A DNA stretch of 34,875 nt from NCBI GenBank assembly GCA_005883855.1, contig VBAU01000032.1, positions 1,751 through 36,625 of the forward strand, given 5' to 3'. This stretch comes from Bacteroidota bacterium. Its GTDB lineage: Bacteria; Bacteroidota; Bacteroidia; Chitinophagales; Chitinophagaceae. The position numbers and the translations under genes were made by a program. The notes beneath the pieces were generated by a model that was not told the origin of the DNA, ran no database searches, and saw only the letters and a list, made by a program, of their open reading frames with translations. This document shows, one piece after another, positions 29,477 to 34,875 of this stretch. The first letter of the stretch is position 1. Each line of letters begins with the position of its first letter.

Positions 29477-29580
29477 GAGTTACTTTTTATATGGTTTCTT
29501 GATTAATGACTTTGGGGGGTTCATAAGAGGCCTCACGAAAGACATATACTTGAGTTTTGTAAAATGTTTGATATTTCACT

Positions 29581-29808
29581 TTATTTGCTTTCCTTATCGC
29601 TTTCCATTCTGCTGATCTTTCTGTCGAGTCGTATCAAATAAAGTATGAGTCCAAGTAAAATGACTACGACCACTGCCACAACCACATAAATTCTTCCATT
29701 ACTGCGCATCGTATCTGCCATATCAGCTTTTTCCTCCTGCTGGGCATAGATTAATGCGCTCGACAACAAGGAGGTTACAAACAGCAACAACGTTTTTATA
29801 ATTCTCAT
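29581..29808 (-). CDS. Small CcmD-like (Bacteroidota alternative CcmD family) membrane protein
   Basis: MRIIKTLLLFVTSLLSSALIYAQ... is followed by GRIYVVVAVVVVILLGLILYLIRLDRKISRME, a single TM followed by RLDRKI as in CcmD-alt proteins. Its ATG (29806-29808) overlaps the ccmC TGA (29805-29807). Confidence 0.6.
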   Translation of the reverse strand: MRIIKTLLLFVTSLLSSALIYAQQEEKADMADTMRSNGRIYVVVAVVVVILLGLILYLIRLDRKISRMESDKESK

Positions 29809-30464
29809 TGCAGCAGGCTTTTTTCTTTGAGCAGGTTCAATCGAATTTTTAGAGACGTGATCCACACACCCAACAACGACCAGCCGATGACGGCCGGGTA
29901 AAATACAAGCCGCATGCGATTATCGATGTCGTTTGTATCCCTGGGCAATAATCTTGGAATGATCCAAATGGTGGGAAACAAAAGGGCGTAAGCAAATATG
30001 TTATACACGGCTGTTATCCTCGCTCGTTTATCCATGTCTGAAATTGAATCGCGAAGCACCATGTATGCAAAATAAATCAGCAGTGCAATCGCAGCGCCGA
30101 TAAGTTTTGGCTCTCGAGCGACTGCATTGAAGGATTGAAATGAGTTGTTATTCGGATCTGCCCATGTATAGCTCATCCAAATTGCCCCTGTCGCGTAGCC
30201 CAGTACACCAAACACGATTCCCACTGTCGCATACTGACGGCTATAAATGTCATCTGCCAGATTATTCGTTCGCAAATATCTGACAGCATACACAACCGAC
30301 ACCGTGAAAAGAATCATCATGCAGAACCACATACAAACGTGGAAATAAAGATTGCGAATTGTTTCTGATAAGGCTGGTAACCGGGGAACATCCATCAAAA
30401 AACCAGCTATGAAAGTGTAGACCAGTAAAACCGCACATAATATTTTCCACCAGGATTTACGCAT
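29805..30464 (-). CDS. ccmC: Heme exporter / cytochrome c assembly protein CcmC
   Basis: A polytopic membrane protein (MRKSWWKILCAVLLVYTFIAGFL...) with a Trp-rich periplasmic segment (GAIWMSYTWADP). An in-frame ATG at 30605 would add 47 Cys/Pro/Asn-rich residues that do not look like CcmC, so ATG 30464 is preferred but uncertain. Confidence 0.8.
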   Translation of the reverse strand: MRKSWWKILCAVLLVYTFIAGFLMDVPRLPALSETIRNLYFHVCMWFCMMILFTVSVVYAVRYLRTNNLADDIYSRQYATVGIVFGVLGYATGAIWMSYTWADPNNNSFQSFNAVAREPKLIGAAIALLIYFAYMVLRDSISDMDKRARITAVYNIFAYALLFPTIWIIPRLLPRDTNDIDNRMRLVFYPAVIGWSLLGVWITSLKIRLNLLKEKSLLQ

Positions 30465-30628
30465 ACGTGTTGAGCATCCACAGGAGTCTTGTTGACGAGG
30501 AGCAATCGTTTTTAAAAAAGCGGAGCAAAAATAAGGAGGATTGAATAATGAACAAGGATTATTGAATAAGGAATAAAGAACTGTGGGGCCATTCTTCGTT
30601 GACATTCCCTTTCATTATTCATTATCCT

Positions 30629-31285
30629 TCAGTCTTTCCACAAAAAAGGAAAAAGGATAACAGCAAGAAGAATCACCATAGCATCGAGCGCGACCAATAG
30701 CAAAACTGTTGTTACAGGAACACGCATTGTTTCGTTAAATGCTGCATTTGACAAGCGCATTAGAAGAAGTAACTGCGGAATGATAATGGGAAAACCGAGG
30801 ATAGCCATGATCGCGGCATTTTGTTGCGCCTTGGCAGCAATGGCGGCCAAAAAAGTAAAGACAAGGCTCAGGCTCCATCCTCCCAGCAAAACAAGCCCGA
30901 TAAAAACGCCGGCCTTCTCTATAGGACTGCCGAGAAACAAACTGAATAGCGCCAGGCTGAGTAAACTCATCAGCAGCATGAGCAGAGAATTAAACATCAG
31001 CTTGGCTAAAACAAAATCCCTTGGTCCGGCAATAGAATAAAAATACAGCATCCGGCCCCGGCTTTCCTGCAGAAAACTTTTAGCAACTGCGTTGATAGAT
31101 ATAAAAAGTTGTATCACCCAAAACAATCCGTTCCAGACATTGCTTTCAGGTGTCTCAAGCGCCATATACAATACAAAAATCGTAGCGGCAATATATAACA
31201 AGACACCATAAAAACTGTATTGCTGCCGGATCTCTAGCAATAGGTCCTTTTTGAAAAGGGTAAATATGTGTCGGAGAGATTTCAA
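30629..31285 (-). CDS. ccmB: Heme exporter protein CcmB
   Basis: 218 aa with six hydrophobic helices and N-terminus [21 protein letters not shown], typical of CcmB. The only in-frame start upstream of TM1 is TTG at 31283-31285, which overlaps the tdk TGA (TTGA). Confidence 0.8.
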   Translation of the reverse strand: MKSLRHIFTLFKKDLLLEIRQQYSFYGVLLYIAATIFVLYMALETPESNVWNGLFWVIQLFISINAVAKSFLQESRGRMLYFYSIAGPRDFVLAKLMFNSLLMLLMSLLSLALFSLFLGSPIEKAGVFIGLVLLGGWSLSLVFTFLAAIAAKAQQNAAIMAILGFPIIIPQLLLLMRLSNAAFNETMRVPVTTVLLLVALDAMVILLAVILFPFLWKD

Positions 31286-31854
31286 TTCATTGCCTGGTTA
31301 TAGCAAACACGGCACCGAGGTTCGTATACATCCAACTCCCCCAGCATTACCTGGTCGTCATTGGGTACTTTTCGATAAGAATAGTTAGCGATGTTACCAC
31401 ACTTTACGCATATGGCGTGCACCTTTGTCACGAAATCGGCCTTTGCCATAAGGCTCGGCATCGGACCGAAAGGGTTACCCAAATAATCCATATCAAGCCC
31501 GGCAACGATGACTCTGACTCCGCGCAATGCAAGTTCATCGCAAACGTTTGGCAACTCTTCATCAAAAAATTGGGCCTCATCAATACCTATCACATCCGCC
31601 CCCTGAGAAAGCAACAGGATTTTTTGAGAATTGTCAATTGGTGTTGATTGAATCGCATTAGTATCGTGAGAGATGATCTTTAGTTCATCATATCGAGTGT
31701 CCATAGCAGGCTTAAAGATTTCGACTTTCAGGTTGGCGATCTTCGCTCGTTTCAAACGGCGGATCAGCTCCTCGGTCTTCCCCGAGAACATAGAGCCACA
31801 GACCACTTCTATCCAGCCCCGGCGTTCGCCTGTTATGTGGGGTTCAATAAACAT
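31282..31854 (-). CDS. tdk: Thymidine kinase
   Basis: 190 aa with the P-loop [26 protein letters not shown] and the C-terminal zinc ribbon CxxCG...CRxC. Confidence 0.93.
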   Translation of the reverse strand: MFIEPHITGERRGWIEVVCGSMFSGKTEELIRRLKRAKIANLKVEIFKPAMDTRYDELKIISHDTNAIQSTPIDNSQKILLLSQGADVIGIDEAQFFDEELPNVCDELALRGVRVIVAGLDMDYLGNPFGPMPSLMAKADFVTKVHAICVKCGNIANYSYRKVPNDDQVMLGELDVYEPRCRVCYNQAMN

Positions 31855-32046
31855 TGTTAAGATTGTTCAATAAGTTGTTCACAACGCCTTTATTGGCAAA
31901 CAGTTTGTAACTTTAAAGCGCTGATTCACCAATCATAAAAAGGATTAACTGGCAGGTTTTCCTAGAAAAAGTTTGTGTTTATTTTTTTTGTCTCCGGCAA
32001 TCCGTAAATCCTTCAAACCATCAGCAATTCAAAAATAATTAAATCA

Positions 32047-32742
32047 ATGGAACGAATCCAGATCCTAATCAGCAAGTTAAAAGAACAAGGCGAACAAAAT
32101 GCCAGCCCTTCACAAATGCTTGTAACGGTTCAGATGCTCCAAAATGAGCTATACCAGTTACAGGCGAGCGGCAACCATACCCTTGGCACTTCAAAAGTGG
32201 CTGTGATGCTTCCCAAAACAGTGAATATTTCGATTGCGCAAGGAGTTACAGAACGAACTTCTTCCAAAGTCGAAGATTATTCGATGGCTGCCGAAGAAGA
32301 AAATTCATTTCAAGTAAACAAAAACTCATCGCGCAAGCGGGAATCGTCAATGCTGTTTGATCCCCTGTTTGAAATCCCCACGCTGTCGCATCAACAAGGA
32401 GTCAAAGAGATAAATGAAATGGTGAGTATGCAAAGGGAATCGCTCAATGACAGGTTGAAACAGGAGCAAACCGAAGTGGTGGAAGTGCTAAAACATGAGC
32501 CAATAAAGGATCTTCGCAAGGCCATCGGAATTAATGATCGCTTCGTTTTCATCAATGAACTTTTCAGAGGTGACGAACCGATGTACGAGCGCAGCATAAA
32601 AACCATAAATAGCTTCCACATCTATCCCGAAGCGGAATATTGGATCAACAGGGAATTGGTTGTAAAACTGGGGTGGGACAAAGAGAGTGAGATCGTGCGA
32701 CATTTTTATCAGCTCGTCAAAAGGCGCTTCTCTTCGATGTAA
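32047..32742 (+). CDS. Hypothetical protein (helical N-terminus, low-complexity middle, conserved-looking C-terminal domain)
   Basis: 231 aa. The C-terminal block DLRKAIGINDRFVFINELFRGDEPMYERSIKTINSFHIYPEAEYWINRELVVKLGW looks like a folded domain that I recall from Bacteroidota hypotheticals. No function can be assigned. Confidence 0.55.
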   Translation: MERIQILISKLKEQGEQNASPSQMLVTVQMLQNELYQLQASGNHTLGTSKVAVMLPKTVNISIAQGVTERTSSKVEDYSMAAEEENSFQVNKNSSRKRESSMLFDPLFEIPTLSHQQGVKEINEMVSMQRESLNDRLKQEQTEVVEVLKHEPIKDLRKAIGINDRFVFINELFRGDEPMYERSIKTINSFHIYPEAEYWINRELVVKLGWDKESEIVRHFYQLVKRRFSSM

Positions 32743-33989
32743 CTCAGAATTTTTTTTGTTGCACCAACATTTTCCTGGACATATTTTTTTGCAGCCAGGC
32801 ACCGGCGCCTGTAATCTTCTTCATCGTGGAGGAGTTTGACCACAACCTGATGCAACTCGTTTTCGTCAACAAAAGTTTTTGCCCCGGCACAGTCAACCAG
32901 ATCAATGGCCTCCTTGTACTTTTTGTAATGGTATCCAAACACAACAGGCTTTCCATACACCGCCGCTTCCAATACGTTGTGTACTCCATCTTTGGTAAAT
33001 CCTCCACCGACATATGCGATATAGGCGTACTTGTACAAGCGTGAAAGCATTCCAATATTGTCAATGATAAGAATGTTGCTTGATGATTTCACGCGGGAAT
33101 CATTCGAACCGGTTCGTTGGTCAGCAACCAGGCTCGAAAACTTCGTTGATGTTGGAAAAAGCTTTTCAAGATATCCCAGGTGCACCGCATCGATTTCGTG
33201 GGGAGCGATGATCAGCTTTAGATTTGACTCATTCAATTTGACTAAAACTTTTTGTAAAACTTCTTCATCCTCCTTCCATGTGCTACCGGCCACAATACAT
33301 TTGTCGTTGCCTGCAAACTCTTCAACAATGGCAATAGGCTCAAACTTAGCTGCAATCTCCGCTACCCGGTCAAATCTCGTATCGCCAGCAACGCTGCAAT
33401 CTTGGATATTTATTGTATTCAATAATCTTTTCGATTGCTCGTTCTGCACAAAGATGTACGTGAAGCAACGCAGCATCTTTCGTTGCAAATCCCCGTACGA
33501 TTTAAAAAAGGATTGACCTGTCCTGAACACAGCTGAGATCAGAAGACAATTGATCTTTCTGTTTTTAATTTCATCTAAATAATAATACCAGTAATCATAT
33601 TTGATGAAAATGACAATGCAGGGATTGACTAAGCTTAAGAATTTTCGCGCATTTTTCCGGGAATCCATGGGTAGGTAAAAAACATAATCGACTCCGGTAT
33701 AACTTTTTTTTACCTCGTAGCCTGAGGGTGAAAAAAAAGTGACCATCACTTTCAGATTAGGAAATAGCGCTTTGATTTTCTCAATTACTGGCTGCCCTTG
33801 TTCGAACTCCCCTAGAGAAGAACAATGGATCCAGATAGTTTGTGATCCCGAATCGATGGCAGATTGAATATTATCAAAGATTCTTTGTCTTCCTCTCAAC
33901 CATTTTCTGGCTTTGACATCCCAAATGGACGCAACCCTAACGCCAGCAACATACAACCATAGAAAAATATTGTAAAAAAAAACAGTCAA
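32709..33989 (-). CDS. waaA: 3-deoxy-D-manno-octulosonic acid (Kdo) transferase
   Basis: 426 aa. The N-terminal anchor plus IWIHCSSLGEFEQGQPVIEKIK and the C-terminal GGGFTKDGVHNVLEAAVYGKPVVFG match KdtA/WaaA. The start codon is TTG (33987-33989). Confidence 0.9.
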   Translation of the reverse strand: MTVFFYNIFLWLYVAGVRVASIWDVKARKWLRGRQRIFDNIQSAIDSGSQTIWIHCSSLGEFEQGQPVIEKIKALFPNLKVMVTFFSPSGYEVKKSYTGVDYVFYLPMDSRKNARKFLSLVNPCIVIFIKYDYWYYYLDEIKNRKINCLLISAVFRTGQSFFKSYGDLQRKMLRCFTYIFVQNEQSKRLLNTINIQDCSVAGDTRFDRVAEIAAKFEPIAIVEEFAGNDKCIVAGSTWKEDEEVLQKVLVKLNESNLKLIIAPHEIDAVHLGYLEKLFPTSTKFSSLVADQRTGSNDSRVKSSSNILIIDNIGMLSRLYKYAYIAYVGGGFTKDGVHNVLEAAVYGKPVVFGYHYKKYKEAIDLVDCAGAKTFVDENELHQVVVKLLHDEEDYRRRCLAAKKYVQENVGATKKILSYIEEKRLLTS

Positions 33990-34042
33990 ACTTTCGCTTT
34001 GAACAAAAGTAAAAGCAATCGAATAACCTACCTATATTTTAT

Positions 34043-34050
34043 TATTTTTG
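34043..34050 (+). promoter_or_regulatory. Candidate -7 box TATTTTTG (TAnnTTTG) for the DegT-family gene
   Basis: It is a perfect match to the Bacteroidota -7 consensus, 52 nt upstream of ATG 34102. No clear TTTG -33 element is present at the expected spacing. Confidence 0.3.
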
Positions 34051-34079
34051 CCCGCCCGCCGCGAGGCATTCGGGCGGGC
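34050..34079 (+). promoter_or_regulatory. All-G:C 9-bp hairpin in the waaA/degT divergent region (predicted 5' end of the degT-family transcript)
   Basis: GCCCGCCCG (34050-34058) pairs with CGGGCGGGC (34071-34079) around a 12-nt loop. It is embedded in otherwise AT-rich sequence. There is no flanking U-tract, so it is not a terminator. Confidence 0.4.
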
Positions 34080-34101
34080 GCCGCTCCAAATCAAGACCTG
34101 A

Positions 34102-34875
34102 ATGAAGCCGATTCAAATGGTGGATACGCAAACGCAGTATCAGAAAATAAAAAATGAAGTAGACTTTGCTATCAAAGAGGTAATTGACAGCTCGGCTTTT
34201 ATCAATGGGAAAATTGTACAAGAGTTTGCCATTAGCCTTGCTAAGTTTCTTGATGTAAAACATGTGATCCCATGCGCGAATGGAACCGACGCGTTACAGA
34301 TAGCTATGTTGGCTCTCGGGCTGAAACCCGGCGATGAAGTGATCACCCCTTCCTTCACATACATCGCTACGACTGAAGTGATCGCCCTATTAAACCTCAC
34401 ACCTGTATTTGTAGAAGTTGATCCACAAACATTTTGTATTGACCCATCTGCAGTCCGCAACGCAATCACTCCCAAAACAAAGGCGATTGTGCCCGTCCAT
34501 TTATATGGACAATCTGCAAATATGGAGGAGATCATGACCATTGCAAGAGAGTTCAATTTGTACGTTGTTGAGGACAACGCCCAGGCTATCGGGGCCGAGT
34601 ACATTTTCAGCAACGGTAAAAAAAAGAAGACAGGTACAATTGGAACCATCGGCACGACGTCTTTTTATCCCTCAAAAAACCTAGCGGCTTTTGGAGACGG
34701 TGGTGCTCTTTATACGAACGATGACGAGTTGGCCACGCGGCTGAAGATGATTGTGAATCACGGGCAAAGCAAAAGATATTACCATGATCTTGTTGGTTGC
34801 AACAGCAGGCTAGACAGCATACAAGCGGCGGTTCTCAATGAAAAACTGAAACACCTGGATGAATATATTCAAGCT
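34102..34875 (+). CDS. DegT/DnrJ/EryC1/StrS-family sugar aminotransferase (N-terminal 258 codons; continues past the right edge)
   Basis: Not in the ORF track because it is open to the window end. My translation reads MKPIQMVDTQTQYQKIKNEVDFAIKEVIDSSAFINGKIVQEFAISLAKFLDVKHVIPCANGTDALQIAMLALGLKPGDEVITPSFTYIATTEVI...VEDNAQAIGA...SFYPSKNLAAFGDGGALYTND...NSRLDSIQAAVL. The SFYPSKNL segment carries the PLP lysine. Confidence 0.9.
   Translation, partial: MKPIQMVDTQTQYQKIKNEVDFAIKEVIDSSAFINGKIVQEFAISLAKFLDVKHVIPCANGTDALQIAMLALGLKPGDEVITPSFTYIATTEVIALLNLTPVFVEVDPQTFCIDPSAVRNAITPKTKAIVPVHLYGQSANMEEIMTIAREFNLYVVEDNAQAIGAEYIFSNGKKKKTGTIGTIGTTSFYPSKNLAAFGDGGALYTNDDELATRLKMIVNHGQSKRYYHDLVGCNSRLDSIQAAVLNEKLKHLDEYIQA

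Noticed and set aside
34042-34655. Minus-strand ORFs 34140..34655 (171 aa) and 34042..34263 (73 aa)
   Set aside because: They are antisense to the clearly recognisable DegT-family aminotransferase that starts at 34102 and runs to the window edge.
1-34875. Mobile elements, prophage remnants, CRISPR arrays, toxin-antitoxin pairs, restriction-modification or other defense-island signatures, and tRNA/rRNA genes
   Set aside because: No transposase, integrase, recombinase, Cas, nuclease/helicase/methyltransferase or phage structural motifs appear in any frame. There are no spacer-repeat periodicities. No intergenic gap is large or structured enough for a tRNA cloverleaf that I could find. Composition appears uniform by eye, with no obvious island boundary.

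Overview
This 34.9-kb chromosomal segment looks like Bacteroidota, probably a Chitinophagia/Sphingobacteriia-like lineage. The evidence is a 1430-aa RpoC, a 1267-aa RpoB, TAnnTTTG-type -7 boxes, a T9SS-style C-terminal domain signature and a Bacteroidota-type small CcmD. All calls come from reading the translations and the DNA by eye; no searches were run.

Gene content:
- Left half (1-17.0 kb), almost all on the minus strand, is core housekeeping: a partial APC amino-acid permease, an OmpH/Skp-like chaperone, rpoC, rpoB, a divergent ComEA-like HhH protein, rplS, rny, zapA, a small coiled-coil protein and pheT.
- Middle (17.1-28 kb) is a looser set of metabolic and envelope genes: gluconokinase, a translationally coupled ornithine-cyclodeaminase-family/threonine-dehydratase-family pair, a secreted nucleoside-hydrolase-like protein, a glycine-zipper lipoprotein, an SDR, a multi-pass membrane protein, a WYL regulator with a DinB-family gene, a TonB-C-like protein, a lysine-rich SWIB/MDM2-domain protein, a class-A-like serine hydrolase and a LolA-like protein.
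- Right part: gdh, ccmD-like/ccmC/ccmB, tdk, a conserved hypothetical, waaA and a partial DegT-family aminotransferase.

I see no rRNA, tRNA, CRISPR array, transposase/integrase or defense-island hallmarks. I cannot defend a claim of a novel multi-gene system here.

The items most worth a second look are:
1. A frameshift splitting the essential pheT.
2. A signal-peptide-less, T9SS-CTD-like 85-aa ORF lying antisense inside the pheT-zapA-rny cluster.
3. The 176-nt zapA-rny spacer.
4. The OCD/PLP enzyme pair.
5. The H1-like SWIB protein.
6. The tdk-ccmBCD arrangement.
7. Several repeat or hairpin architectures in intergenic regions.
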